Shown here one piece after another: positions 1 to 15,652 of a DNA stretch of 64,000 bases. This DNA comes from the human T2T-CHM13v2.0 reference genome, Homo sapiens, in assembly GCF_009914755.1 (NCBI RefSeq), contig NC_060947.1, one strand, 5' to 3'. Both the position numbers and the translations under genes were made by a program. Each line of letters starts with the position of its first letter. The stretch's first letter is position 1. A model generated the notes under the pieces. The model searched no databases. It worked only from the letters and a program-made list of their open reading frames with translations, and was not told the origin of the DNA.

Positions 1-161
1 AAGAAGTGTTAGAAAATTTTACTGTTATTCTCCAACTTAACAGTAACCTTTTGCTTTCCTTCATTACACTTAACCACAATTTGTATTTTTTAAAGTTCTA
101 ATGATATTCTATGAATCTGTGAATTCATATTCCATAATCATAATCTATTCTCTGAATTTCC

Positions 162-219
162 TTCCTTCTGTACCTCATAAAGGGTCATAAAGGGAACCCT
201 TTATGAGGTACAGAAGGAA
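162..219. repeat. Perfect 24-bp inverted repeat with 10-nt spacer
   Basis: TTCCTTCTGTACCTCATAAAGGGT (162-185) is the exact reverse complement of 196-219; the spacer is CATAAAGGGA. Confidence 0.95.
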
Positions 220-1331
220 ATACTCATTGAAGGCCTATCATGGTTTTCACCCTGGTATAAGTGTCATCTAGCTGGTGTCAATTTGGATACTTTAAAGAAT
301 CCTAAATAATGAGTCCATATATTCTATAAAGTAAAATACTCATTTCTATAACAAAGCAAAACTTTAATCCATTGCTGGCTGTCATTGTCATTTTTAAAAG
401 AGCACATAAAAAGTTTTTCATTTCCTTCAAAATGTTTTTCAGAAAATGTAGACTTTTTTAGCATCTTGAAAGATCTGTAATGTGCCTTTTCTTATGTCAG
501 AATTCTATAAATTAGGAAATGTTCTAATCTCTTGCATTAACGGAGATGAAATTCTGGTGGCATTATATTTGTCTCTCCAAACAGGCAACATTCTTTTAGA
601 AAAATGTAATTGAAATTGAACTTAAAATGTATTTGTATTTAAAAATAAAACATCTTATTTTTTATTTTTTATATTTTATTATTATTAAAATAAAAGCATC
701 TTTTTTACATGGTTTCATAAATGTATTTTGAATGTTTATATGAAATGCCTCTGTAAATCATGCAGAAGAATTTTCTTTTTCTAAAGGACAGTGAAATGAG
801 GTTGAATGTGTTAAAGCATCACACTATATTTAACTCAAGTACATTTAGAACAAAATTATTATTAGGATTTCCATAGAATGAATCATGGCCAAATTTAACT
901 TCTCACAATTTTTTTTTACCTATTCTTTTCATACAAGTTAGAGCTCTCTGGGTTTATATTACTAGGTCAACTGAAGTGTTATTTATTTTTAGGTAGAGGG
1001 ACAAAGACTGATAATCTAGAGACTGGATTTGATTTGGCTGCTGCTGTCTGTCAGCAGAATGCCTTGGGGTATCTACTTACAGTAATGAGTATAAGTAGTG
1101 CTATCATTATTAGTATATTTAAACACCCATGGTTTGCAGGAATGTGCTGAAGTCTGAATATAACATAGTTAATTATGTCACTGTCCCTGCCCAGGGCAAC
1201 TGCTATTGAAAGGACATACTCACATCATGAGGAAGATAGCAGATACAGTGGTTTGGAGCTAAGTGTTACTTCATTGCTGACTCACGGAAAGAGGTTTAGG
1301 ATGTTGGCTATGTTTTCTAAAGAGCATCTAG

Positions 1332-1643
<312 letters not shown>

Positions 1644-2832
1644 TAGCAATTAAAAATTCCTTTGTTAGGAACTCGGAAAATGGCATCTAACTAGTAATAT
1701 TCTGTGGGTTGGAGAGCTAGGTTCACTTCCCCTTGTGCTGGACTGTCTTTGAGAGCCCCGTTCCTATAGGACTCTGCTGAGCGAGGATTTATCATCTTGG
1801 CGAGTAGGAAGGATTTGATTTGCACAAAGCTTTGTTCTAGAAGGTTATAGATAATATCACTTTGCCTAATTACAGAGAAAGTGTGGAGGAAGCTAATGGA
1901 TGGTGATAGTGTTTTAAAAGGTTTTACTTCTCGTACAAAAGAAAAGACATCCAGACATACCTTCCCACTCCGCGAGAATACTCCTCTTTACTTCTCTTTA
2001 CTCTAGACTACATGCTATTCAAAGAGAGCAGGAATGGGACAGCACAAGGCAGGGGTGAAAAGTCTATAGAACTGCTCCACAGCTGGAAATTGTTACCAGA
2101 GGTAGCCATTGTATAAAGATTCAGTCCTGGGCAGCAGGAAAATAACCCTAGATGCTAAACAAGTGGTGTCACTTATGCTAAAAAGATACTAAATATACCT
2201 TAAGAGCAGCAGATGCAAAAGTTTTAAAGAAAGGGGTAAGAGGAAGAAGCCACATCTTAGTCAAATCACAGGGTTAGAAATAGGGAAAAGAATATATCAT
2301 CCATAATACCATCATGCAATCACAAAGCACGGTTGACCTTTTATTTTCTTTCCAGCTTTTTCCCTTTGCATCCGCTTAGTCATTGTTGGTTTTATTTTAT
2401 TTTATTCATTTTACTTTTTAAAAATAGTATATGTTCATTGTAGAGAAATTTAAAAATGTAGTAACATAAAATCACTTGAGTTTTTAGCACCACCAGTTTT
2501 ATAATTTTGGTATATCTCATTCTGGCCTATTTTTACTACATAGATACTTCATAAATAAGAAAAATAGGATTGTAGTAGAAATAGTGTTTTGCACCATAAA
2601 GTTTTTAATAAAAACTGGCTGAAGTTACTATAAACCATAAACAAAACGTGGTTTTTGATATTGTGTTTTATCAAATAATAGAAATTATAGATATTCTACT
2701 ATGGTTTTCACAAGGCTAATGGCTTTTTACCCTACTTTATCATTCTCCTTTAAAGAAATCGTAAGAACTTGTTTGGGATTTATTGTTCTAAAAGTACTTT
2801 ATACAAGTGAATAATATTCTTTTACAAAAAAA

Positions 2833-3380
2833 ATTTATTGAGTTATGTTTGACATATAAAAAGCTGTACTTATTTAATGTATACGTTTCTATGAGTTTGG
2901 GGATAGGTATACACCTATGAAACAACCATCACCATCAAGGCCACAAACATATCCATCACCTCCTAAAGTTTCCTCTCACCCCTTTATTATTGTTGTAGTT
3001 GTGTTCTGTGAGTATGGTAAGAGGACTTAACATATGATCTACCTTCTTAGCAAAATTTAAGTATATAATATAACATTGTTAGCTGTAGGTACCATGCTGT
3101 ATAGCAGATCTCCAGAATTCATTTATCTTGCATAACTGAAAGTTTATACTGTTTGCTACTTCTCATTTCTTTCTCCCCAAGCCCCTGGCAACCACCATTC
3201 TCCTCTTTGCTTCTATTAGTTCACCTTTTTTAGATTCCATATATAAGTGAGATCCTGTGGTATTTGTCTTTCTATGCCTGGCTTATTTCACTTAATATAA
3301 CGTCCTCCAGGTCTATTAATGTTGTCACAAATTACAGGATTTCCTTCTTTTATAAGGCTGAATAATATTTCATTGTGTGT
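2833..3380 (-). mobile_element. Old L1 (L1MA/MB-type) 3' fragment, resumes at 5653-5710 after the THE1A insertion
   Basis: Antisense L1 3' motifs (tagattccatatataagtgagatc, ggcttatttcacttaa, gctgaataatatttcattgtgt|atataccacattttc). Confidence 0.85.
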
Positions 3381-5652
3381 TGTATTAGTCTGTTTTCATG
3401 CTGCTGATAAAAGACATACCCAAGACTGGAAAAAAAGGATTAATTGGACTTACAGTTCCGCATGGCTGGGGAGGCCTCAGAATCATGGCAGGAGGTGAAA
3501 GGCACTTCTTACATGGTGGTGGCAAGAGAAAATGAGGAAGAAGCAAAAGCGGAAACCCTCGATAAACCCATCACATCTCATGATACTTATTCACTATCAT
3601 GAGAACAGCACGGGAAAGACTGGCCCCCATAATTCAATTACCTCCCCCTGGGTCTCTACCACAACATGTGGGAATTCTGGGAGATACAATTCAAGTTGAG
3701 ATTTGGGTGGGGACACAGCCAAACCATATCATTCTGCCCCGGCCCCTCCAAATCTCATGTCCTCATATTTCAAAATGAATCATGCCTTCCCAACAGTCCC
3801 CCAGAGTCTTAACTCATTTTGGCATTAACCCAAAAGTCCACAGTCCAAAGTCTAATCTGAGACAAGGCGTGTCCCTTCCGCCTATGAGTGTATAAAATCA
3901 AAAGCAAGATAGTTATTTCCTAGATACAATGGGGGTACAGGTGTTGGGTTAATACAGACCTTCCAAATGGGAGAAATTGGCCAAAACAAAGGGTATACAG
4001 GCCCTTTGCAAATCCAAAATCCATCAAGGCAGTCAAATCTTAAAACTCCAAAATTATGTCCTTTGACTCCATGCCTCATGTCCAGGTCACACTGATGCAA
4101 GGGGTGGGTTCCCATGGTCTTGAGCAACTCTGCCCCTGTGGCTTTGCAGGGTACAGCCTCGCTCCTGGTTGCTTTCACAGGCTGGCATTGAGTGCCTATG
4201 GCTTCTCTAGGCACACGGTGCAAGCTTTCAGTGGATCTACCATTCTGGGATCTGGAGGATGGTGGCCCTCTTCTCACAGCTCCACTATATAGTACCCCAG
4301 TAGGGACTCTGTGTGGGGGCTCTGACCCCACATTTCTCTTCTGCACTGCGATAGCAGAGGTTCTCCATGAGAGCCCTGTCCCTGCAGCAAACTTCTTCCT
4401 GGACATCTGGGTGTTTCCACACATCCTCTGAAATCTAGGCAGGGATTCCCAAACCTCAGTTCTTGACTTCTGTGCACCTGCAGGCTCAACACCACATGGA
4501 AGCTGCTTAAGTTTGGGGCTGGCACCCTCTGAAACCATGGGCCAAGCTGTACCTTAGCCCCTTTTAGCAATGGCTGGAGTGGCTGGGATGCAGGGCACCA
4601 AGTCCCTAGGCTGCACACAGCATGGGGACCCTGGGCCTGGCCCAGGAAACCATTTTTTCCTTCTGGACTTCCAAATCTGTGATAGGGGTGGGTAGGGGCT
4701 GCCTTGAAAACCCATGACGTGCCCTGGAGACATTTTCCTCATTGTCTTGGGGATTAACATTCGGCTCCTTGTTATGCAAATTTCTGAAGCCAGCTTGAGT
4801 TTTTTCCTCAGAAAATGGGTTTTTCTTTTTTACTACATCATCAGGCTGCAAATTTTCCAAACTTTTATGCTCTGTTTTCCTTTTAAAATGGAATACTTTT
4901 AACAGAACCCAAGTCACCTCTTGGATGCTTTGCTGCCTAGAAATTTCTCCCGCCAGATACCCTAAATCATCTTTCTCAAGTTCAAAGTTCCACAAATCTC
5001 TAGGGCGGGGCAAAATGCCACCAGTCTCTTTGCTAAAACATAGCAAGAGTCACCTTTGCTCCAGTTCCCAACAAGTTCCTCCTCTCCATCTGAGACCACC
5101 TCAGCCTGGACCTTATTGTTCATATCACTATGAGCATTTTTGTCAAAGCCATTCAGCAAGTCTCTAGGAAGTTCCAAACTTTCCCACATTTTTCTGTCTT
5201 CTTCTGAGCCCTCCAAACTGTCCCAACCTCTGCCTGTTACCCAGTTCCAAAGTCATTTCCACATTTTCAGGTATCTTTTCAGCAGTGCCCCACTCTACTG
5301 GTACCAATTTATTGTATTAGTCGTTTTTACACTGCTGACATACCTGAGACTGGGAAGAAAAAGAGATTTAATTGGACTTACAGTTCCACATGGCTGGCAA
5401 GGCCTTAGAATCAGGCAGGAGGCGAAAGGCACTTCTTACATGGTGGCAGCAAGACAAAATGAGGAAGAAACAAAAGTGGAAACCCCTGATAAACCCATCA
5501 GATTTCATGAGATTTATTCACTATCATAAGAATAGCACAGGAAAGACTGGCCCCCATGATTCAATTACCTCCCCCAGGCCCCTCCCACAGCACGTGGGAA
5601 TTCTGGGATATACAATTCAAGATTTGGGTGGGGAAACAGCCAAACTATATCA
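3381..5652 (-). mobile_element. Full THE1A (MaLR) element: LTR 3381-3731, internal region, LTR 5313-5652
   Basis: Two LTRs with TGATAT...TAATACA termini on the minus strand; 5-bp target-site duplication TGTGT (3376-3380 and 5653-5657); MaLR internal ORF remnants in the ORF track. Confidence 0.93.
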
Positions 5653-6169
5653 TGTGTATATACCACATTTTCTTTATACAGTGATCTGTCAGTGGACATT
5701 TGGTTACTTTTAGTTAGGAGTAATATTTAGAAACTGAGATCTGGGAACTAGAATATGCTCATTGCTACCAGAATGTTGTTACTTCTGGATCTTTCAGCAA
5801 TAGAGCTAGGAAAAAAAAATCACACATATGTATACATGCATACAAATTCTATATATGTCTATATGTAGAAATGTAAACATATAAACATATAGACATGTAT
5901 GCATGTAGACATATATGTGAAATAACTAATTCATTATGCTGATCTCCAATTGCAATCCAATCCCTCAGGGCTCTTCCAGCCATTCTACTTTTGTAGAGAT
6001 GTAAAAATTCCTTATAGATGTTCTTCCAAAATGAGAATTCCAGCACCCAAAAACATCAATATATTAATAACTCATTTGCTTAGTTGTATAATACACAATG
6101 GTTTCGGAATTGTAATATCTATACTGTAATGTGGAGAGGGAAAACTTATATTCATTCATGCATGCATGC

Positions 6170-7250
6170 ATGCATTTTTTTAACATCTTATTTGGAAATA
6201 ATTATAGATTCACAAAAAATTGCAAAGATAATACATTGAGGTCCCATGCAGCCTTTACTCAGTTTCCCCCAATGGTTACATCTTACATAACTGTAAGATC
6301 AAAACTAGGAAACTGACGTTGGTACAATCTGTATGTATAGTTCTGTGTCATTTTATCACTTGTATAGATTTGTGTAACCATCACTGCAATCAAGTAGCAG
6401 ATATATTTCATTACCACAAAGTTTTCCCTCATACTACCCTTTAATAGTCACACCTACTATCTTCCACAACCATCCCTAACCCTTAGCAATCACTAATCTG
6501 TTTCCATCTCTATAATTCTGCCATTGCAAGAATGTTATATAAATGGAATAATATAATGTGGAACCTTTTGATATTGGCTTTTTAGAGTCAGCATAATGCT
6601 CTTGAGATTAATCCAAGTTACATATATCAATAGTTCATTCATTTTTGTTTATGAGTAATATTCCATGGTATTGATACACCATGGTTTGTTGAACCATTTG
6701 CTTATTGAGAGACGTGTGTTGTTTCTAGTTCATGGCTTTTACAAATAAAGCTGTTATGAACATTGCATAGGTTTTTGTATTGACATAAATTTTCATTTCT
6801 GTGGGATAAGTCACTGGGAGTACAATTCTTGGGTTGCATGGTATATGTGTAGTTTTTTAAGACACTGACAAACTAATTTGTCATTGTATAAATTACCATC
6901 TTATAGTCTCACCAACAGTGTTTGAGAGATCCAGTTTCTTTACATACTCATGAGCACTTGGTATTGTTACTGTGTTTTATTTTAGCCATTCTGCTAGGAG
7001 TGTAGTGATAACTTCTTGTGATTTTAATTTGCACTTCCTTAATGGCTCATGATATTGAACATCTTTTTATGTGCCTATTTTCTATTTATGTTTCTTCTTT
7101 GGTGAAATCTCTCTTCATGTCATTAGCTTACTTTCTGATGGGATGTTTTATTTTATTTTACTATTGAGCTTTGAGAGTTCTTTATTATCCTAGGTTTGGA
7201 TCTGTTTTCAGATATATGGTTTCTAGGCTATTTGAATTTTATGTATTAAT
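6170..7250 (-). mobile_element. Old L1 (L1MB/MC-type) 3' fragment
   Basis: Degenerate antisense L1 3' sequence; boundaries approximate. Confidence 0.7.
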
Positions 7251-7316
7251 TGTATATTCTACTACTCTCGTATTGATTAAGTTTTATCATTGATTCTCAG
7301 TGTGAACAATGTTTTT

Positions 7317-7939
<623 letters not shown>

Positions 7940-8199
7940 GTGAACAATGTTTTTAATGCCTACATTTCTGGCCTTTTATCCATCTCAGTGCTTCTATATA
8001 TCATTTCCCACCCACAGAGACAGGATGCTGCATGTCAGCAATCTTTGAAGCAAGTAGAAGAAATTCCTTCAACTGTGAGAGAATTGCTTGAGAAATTTTC
8101 TGTACTTCCGGCATCACCTTTTCCTTCCTATAGAATCATTCTCATCTTATTAGCCTACATGCCCCAGAAAGAAAGAGAAAAAAGAAAACTCTCTTAACA

Positions 8200-9290
8200 C
8201 ATCGCCATCCAACAACCACTTCATTTCTTGAAACTCTGCTCTGCCTACACTTGCTCCCCTGGTGATCTTTCCTCTTCTCATACTTCAAATGCTAATAACT
8301 TCCAAATTTATATTTGTAGTTCCTGGAGCGCTAAACTGAACTACAGACTTGTATGGCTAACTGCCTACTCAACATGTTATCTTAGAATCAAATATGGTTC
8401 TCAAAGTAAACAAATTTGCACCCCTTCCCCCAAATATCTACACTTACTACATCCTCTCTGATCTCAATAAGTAGTAACTCCATCCATCATGTTTGCTGAT
8501 CTCCAGGCTTTTTGCCATCTCTGACTCCTCTCTTTTTCATATCCCACACCCCATCTGCAATAGTTGGTTCTAATATGAAAATATACTCGGAATCTAGCCA
8601 CCTTTCTACTTGTTATCACTTTACATCCAAGCCACCACAACCCTCTCATCTGTATGATTTTTTGGCCCCTGCCCCATAGTTGATTCTCAAAACAGCAGGT
8701 TAGAGTGATCCTTTAAATTCTCTTACTTGCAAGGGCTTCCCATCTCCCTCAGTAAAGGCCAAAGTGCTCAGAATCACCCACCAGGTACTACACAATCAGT
8801 CCTCATCTATCTCCACCCCACAGCTTCACTCGATATATAGTTATTTCTTTACCACATCTCCTATGACACCCCACCCCTTATTCACTTTGCTGTGGCTTTC
8901 TTGTGCGTCCTCACATACACAGACAGCACGTGACCTGCCTCATGACTTTGGCACTTGCTCTCTCCTCTTCTAGATGGATATGTCTGAGTTCCTTCACCAC
9001 TCTCAAGTCTTCACTCAAGTTCATTTTCACAGTGAGAAAGCACTCTACCTTAAATTGCAACCGCTTGTCCCTTCTGTGACTTTCTTTTTTTCAAGCACTG
9101 ACATCATTTGACATCTATTTGTTTTTTTTTTTAATTGTTACCTCCCCCGCCCCATCAGGACTGTTAGCTCCATGAGAGCAACATTTCTCATCTGTTTTGT
9201 TCATAGCTATGGTCCCTAGCATATAAAGCAGTGCTGGCACATAATAGAAGCCAAATAAGTATTTGATGGATGAATGAAGGAATGGATTGG
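8200..9290 (+). mobile_element. L2 fragments
   Basis: L2 3'-end motifs (gctccatgagagca...gtgctggcacataatag...aaataagtatttgatggatgaatgaa); boundaries approximate. Confidence 0.7.
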
Positions 9291-10059
9291 CAAATCACAA
9301 AGTAAATTTAGTTTATGGGAGGAACCGATTTAAACCCAAGTTGGCTGATAGATAATAGACTTTAAAATGGTTTTTATTATGTTGTTGTTATATTTCCTTC
9401 TTTGTGCTTTAAAGTTTGTCATCTGAGTTTGTTCATGCCATTAAAACAATCCCATTTAGGATAAGGTGTGCCAGCCTTTGATCTAGCAAATGTAAGTGAA
9501 GTGGCATTCTCATTTTTTATCTGTTTCAGAACAATGTTTGTTATCTGTTAATCAGGATCTAGCATTGCCAGCAAAGTTTCATCTTAATCTTGGCAGTGAA
9601 GAAAATGATTGGATTTGAGATTTGCTTTCTACTTTTAGACTATCTTTACTATCTTTTTGTTTACTAAAATTTATCGCTCAGAATACTTTTACTCATACGT
9701 GGTTTCATCATTTCCAAACATGAAGTATGTGAATTTAGAAGTCTGCTTTCAGTAGAATGTTTATTGTTGGAATTATTTACCTAATTTGGAACACAAGTCT
9801 AATTATACAATGGGAGAAAACATATTGTACTTCACGGTCCTCATTTTCATCATGTAGAAAATGGGTCAGATTTATTCAGACATTATCTGCTGAATGCCTA
9901 CTATGTAACAGTCACAGTATATACAACAATGAATAGGCTGCTCCTCATGGCATTTGAGTTCTGATAGAAACAGCAGACATATGCACAAAGGCTTATATGA
10001 GCATGCTGTAAACCTTAAATATACCCAATTTTTATTTGTCAGTTATACCTCAATAAAGC

Positions 10060-10280
10060 TGAGTTGTCATGCCAAAATCCTCTGCTTTGAGAATCAGATG
10101 GACCTTGATCTGGTGTCTGAGCTCTGCCATCTACTGACTATATTGATTTGCGCAAACATTTCATCTTTTAGGCCTCAATTTTTGTATCTTTTAAAAGGAG
10201 GATATTATACCTACAGTATGAGGTTTGAGGCTGTGCACTTAGCATAGTTTTTGGAACAGAGAAAACTTTCAATAAATATA
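10060..10280 (+). mobile_element. MIR
   Basis: Degenerate MIR core (ctctgccatctact...ggcctcaattttttgtatc...cacttagcatagt). Confidence 0.6.
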
Positions 10281-10519
10281 ATTTATTCTAGTTTTTAGGT
10301 GCTGAATTCTTGCCACTTTATTTAGGAATCATTATTTCACCACTATCACTTTTTCTCTCTTCTCTCTATGAGACTATGAGGGTTCTCTACATTTTGGAGC
10401 TGTTAATCTTGCACTGACATTGAGAAAATAGTAGTAATTCTTTAAAACAATGATTATAGAACTTTTAATCGTATATAATTTCTAGTTTATTTTGCTTGAC
10501 TTTCCACAGTGGTTGTCTT

Positions 10520-11600
10520 CAAAGTTAAGCGTGCATAGGAACAGTCTGGGTGCTTAGCACACCTGCATAGTCCCACCTAGTGCCCAGATCTGGGTTTCTA
10601 ATTCCATTCTATAGTGAAATAAAACAGGACTTTCTGGGGACATGGCTCATTATTGGGCTGGAGTGTGGAGAATACAAGATGAGCTGGAGAACATTGTGGT
10701 ACCAGAAAGTAAGGAAGTGTGATAATCCAAAGAATGGGAGCATGTTAAAGGGACACAGGAGGTAACCTAAAGAAGCTCTCAGTGGCCAAAGCTGAACAAT
10801 TTTAGCCACAAAATAAATGATGTAGTATTGGATTATAGCCCAAAACACAAAATAAATACACATGATTATATAATGATATAAATGCATGACTGAATGAAAA
10901 GGTGAAAAGAGAAAAATCCACACTATAGAATTCCAAATTATGTATGTAAATACTCCACCCCAGATGGTGGAGCTTAATTTTCTTCTTCCCTTGAGTGTGG
11001 CTTGAACTTAAAGACTAGCTTTCAAAGAACAGAGTATGGGAAGGATCAGCGGGTGGGGGGAGGTGGGGTAACTTTGCAATGGAGAAACCTGTCAAACTAC
11101 TTTGACCTGGTAATCAAAGTTACTAAGTCACACATATGATATACTGAGAACAGACATCATTTATTTCCATCACCGCAAACTCATAACCCCAGTCTAACCA
11201 TGAGAAACTTACAGAGAAATCCAAAAACCAAAAGACATTCTCCAAAATGTCTGACTACTATCAAAACAGTCAAGGTCATGAAAAAAAAATTAGAAAAGAC
11301 TAGGAAACTGTCACAGACCAGAGGAAACTAGAGACATGATTAGACGAAATGTCAATTAGATTCTGGAAAAAAAGGACATTAATGGAAAAACTAATATAAT
11401 CTAAAAAAAGTGTTATATTTAGTTAATAGTAATGGACTAGGATTGATTCATTAATTATAACAAATTTACCATCCTAATGTAAGAAGCTCACATTAAGGGA
11501 AACTGGGTGAGGAGTACAGGAGAATGTTATGTATTATCTTTGCAATTTTTCTGTAAATTTAAAATTATTTCAAAATAAGAAAGTTCATTTTTAAAATGCA
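10520..11600 (+). mobile_element. Old L1MC-type 3' fragment
   Basis: gcccagatctgggtttctaattccattct...gggaaactgggtgaggagtacagg...aaattatttcaaaataa, typical of L1MC 3' ends. Confidence 0.65.
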
Positions 11601-13517
11601 CAGTCCAGGGGTCACAAGTCTCCTTGGACCAGGGAACTTGCCTTATTTGGTAACACTTTATTAGATTCTAAAGAAAGCAGTTTAGCTAAAACCACTTAGA
11701 ATACTCAGAGCTCTGCAGTGGGTGGTATTTCTAGGGATATGGATGACTCTTTTGTCTGGGTGCATCATCCCAAGTCTTTATCCCATTCTTGTGCACTCCA
11801 TGTGCCATTCTGCCGCCAAGTTGCTGCTATATTTTAGAAACTGAGTTATTGATATCCAAGGATCTGAGATCTGAGTTCAGCAATCCCTTTTTAGATAATA
11901 TCTCTCATTCCAAAGTGTCACCATTTAAATTTGTTTATGTAGAAATTATTGGGGAAGAAAGAGATATGCAGTCCCCCTTCACACTAGGATATGTTACAAA
12001 AACTACATTTGGAGATTGTGGAATTCAGAGCCCATGGCAGGAGGTGGCATGTAGACACTTGTGAGTTGGGATTAGTGATTACAAGAAATACTGTGTCTGA
12101 GGTATCTAAAAATTGATCACTAGGTCCTGGAGATTACTCATGGCACTTGCAGGCAGAAAGTCCGATTCTTTGGCACTGTTAGGGAAACTCTTATTTCACT
12201 TAGCCTCTCATGATCTGCTGATGGCACTAGAGCCAGATTCAGAATATTTTCCCCACCCCTAGTGACTAAAGAGTTGTTAGGGATGAGAGAATTCAGGAAA
12301 GAAGGGAGGTGGAAGTCCAGTCTGGGCAAGAAATATAGGAGGCAAACATGGGGCATTGCTGTGGCCTTCTTCTAGCCATACCTTATTCATTTCCATTGAG
12401 ACCTTCTCCTGCCTTCCCTAGACGCATCCCAGACCCTCCTTGGGGAACCAAATATGAAGTTTCCCTTTAGGCACATGGGTGGTTTCCTGGAACTCCCAAA
12501 GGCTTCCTCGCTACTTCTTTTGGAACCTCTTGAAAATAAGTTAAATAGGGCCAAAATATGTCATTTTGTGCAACTGGTATTCTGAGCTACCTTCTGTAAA
12601 GATGAGGGAGGTCTGACTGTTGCAGGTCAATAACATGTTGTTCCTTATATGATTCATTTAAAGTACGTTTTTATTGATTATATCATTGATATTGTTTTTA
12701 AGTTAGTGGTGAACTTTAGTCTCTGGCAGTTGGGCCCATTTGTAGGTTATAAATTATTTGTAGTGTCAATTATTCATGTCAGGTTATGGTAGTAACTGAA
12801 TTAGGAGAGTTTCAGCCTGTATGATATTAATAAAGTAGTAGACTTCTTCAGTCAGGGCGGGGGGGGAGGTGCTCTCCTGCCCATGCCAGCAGTATGTTAA
12901 CCTTGACCTATAAAGTTACCTCAGCAAGTTTCCTCTCCCAGTACCAGTGCCAACCTTTTTCAGAACTATCCTCAGAGACTGGGTACCAGTGAGGCTGACA
13001 GATCTATTTGTTGTCACTTGTAGAATCATTTGCACCATGGATTTAATTTAACTTGTGGACCTGTCACCTATCATGCTGCTGCTTTGGGATCCTTCACTGC
13101 TTAATAAGCAGTACTGTCATGGTTAGGAAATGGCTCATGTATCCATTACAGAGCTGCAACCAGTCAATGGAATTGATGACAATAAAACACTGACATTCAA
13201 ATTGGGATTTGAGTAGAACCCTAGGGCAGCAACTTTGCTTGGTAAATGTCTAAGGCATCTATTTTTCCATCTGAAAGATGATGTCAACATGTCTCCCATA
13301 GCATGCTGGGAAGAAGTTAGCTATGAATTCAGAGAATAAGGGGCTAGCTGTTACCTAAGGAATTATATTCTTTAGCCTAATACAGTAAACCTCTCCCTCT
13401 AAAAAAGGACAAGAAGCAGCAAAAACCACTCAACCAATGATGAGAGAGAGGTGTTGTGAAATGATATTGATAGCCAGCAGAAAATACCATTTTTTTTTTC
13501 TTTTTTGTTGGTTTCTA

Positions 13518-13779
<262 letters not shown>

Positions 13780-13983
13780 TACTAAAAAGTATAAATAATT
13801 ATGGGTGGTGAAAAAATATAGCTACTTTGATAAATGTATCCAGGCAAGTAGATGACCAAACCAATTAAACATCATATTTCATTGATTCTCTAATCATTTA
13901 TTCATATTTTAACTTCTCTGAAATTGAGGTGCAGTTTACATACTATGACATGGCATGGATTCGTTGAAAGCAGAATTTTTTCC

Positions 13984-14302
<319 letters not shown>

Positions 14303-15346
14303 TAATACATAAAAATGGTGTACTCTTCAATTCGTGCTATGTTATATTTGATAAAGTACAGCAACCAACCACCACTGCTACTCACTTCTCAGAGGTTCTG
14401 ATCTGGATGGGGTGACTACTGTAATTCAATTATTGTTATAGTGGGTATCTGCTGATTTCCTTAATAACGGGGTTTCACTAGTTCCTTCTTCCAATGTTAG
14501 GGTACAGTCCCCTCTAGGGCAGGACATTTGATCATGACTCTCATGGTTGGTATATCAGTAACTATAGAAATAAGATTCAGTTTAGCCATTTCCAAAGTAC
14601 AATAAAAGGAATTGCAAAAGAATTTGTAACTTTGCCATAGCCCTATGTTGTTAGCCCAAGTCTTGGGTACTGTCAAGCTGAAACAGGAAATCTGTCTCCT
14701 AGTGAACTACAACAACCAGTAGATCCAAAGAAGGCTCTGGTTTTCCTTGAACTGTATATTTCAGAGGGTCACACTAATGCTATAACTTAAAATGGCATTA
14801 TTATTTAAATATTAAGATAGTATCCAATTCCAAAAGCTAATATTTGATACCAATCACTGCTCATCATGAATAGGCTAAAGGCTGCCTTTTCATTCCATCC
14901 CATTGTTGAAGAATGACTTATGGAATTGGTTCTAATCATCTTTTCATGGAGTCCACAAAAACCAAATAGGTCAAACTGTTCATTTCACAAATGAGGAAAT
15001 AGCCCCAGAACTGTTGATTTGCCCATGTTCTCATTACAGCATACTGATGAAGCCCAAAATAGGAGCCAGGTCCCAGGTCATCTATTTCCATCTTCCTCAT
15101 TCCCTTCCTCCCCTCCTCCTCATTGAACACAGTGCCCTCCTAGTTTAATTAGTGATGGTTATGCCAGGGGCTTTACAATGAAACAATTTACCTTCAGGCT
15201 TCTTATGCCAGTCCTTATTGGGCCAGTAGTAAAGACACATGACATGGTACTTATTCAAGCTCAGATATGATAGAAACAGAAAAAGTGGTGGCTGGTACCT
15301 ATTCTTAGTCTTAGCCTTTGTTTTAATTTCTACTGCTTTAAAATTC

Positions 15347-15652
15347 TTTTTTTTTTTTTTTTTTTTGAGAGGGAGTCTCACTCACTCTGTTGCCCAGGCT
15401 GGAGTGCAATGGTGCAATGTCAGCTCACTGCAGCCTTCGCCTCCTGGATTTAAGTGATTCTTCTGCCTCAGCCTCCTGAGTAGCTGGGACTACATGTGCC
15501 TGCCACCATGCCCGGCTAATTTTTGTATTCTTGGTAGAGTCGGGGTTTCACCATGTTGGCCAGGCTGGTCTTGAACTCCTGACCTCAAGTGATCCGCCTG
15601 CCTTCACCTCCCAAAGTGCTCGGGTTACAGGCAGGAGCCACCGTGCCTGACC
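15347..15652 (-). mobile_element. AluS
   Basis: Poly(T), antisense Alu, imperfect duplication tctact..aaaattcttt on both sides. Confidence 0.92.

Noticed and set aside
630-710. AT-rich near-repeats, and the (TA)/(CATG) runs at 5820-5920 and 6156-6175
   Set aside because: Low-complexity slippage products with no further supporting structure.
3460-3480. PRDM9 hotspot motif in the THE1A LTRs
   Set aside because: The minus strand reads CCTCCCCAGCCAT here and CCTTGCCAGCCAT in the other LTR, not the CCTCCCTNNCCAC variant.
3882-5216. ORFs of 84-218 aa as novel genes
   Set aside because: They are MaLR internal ORF remnants; homologous sequence recurs at 62591-63800.
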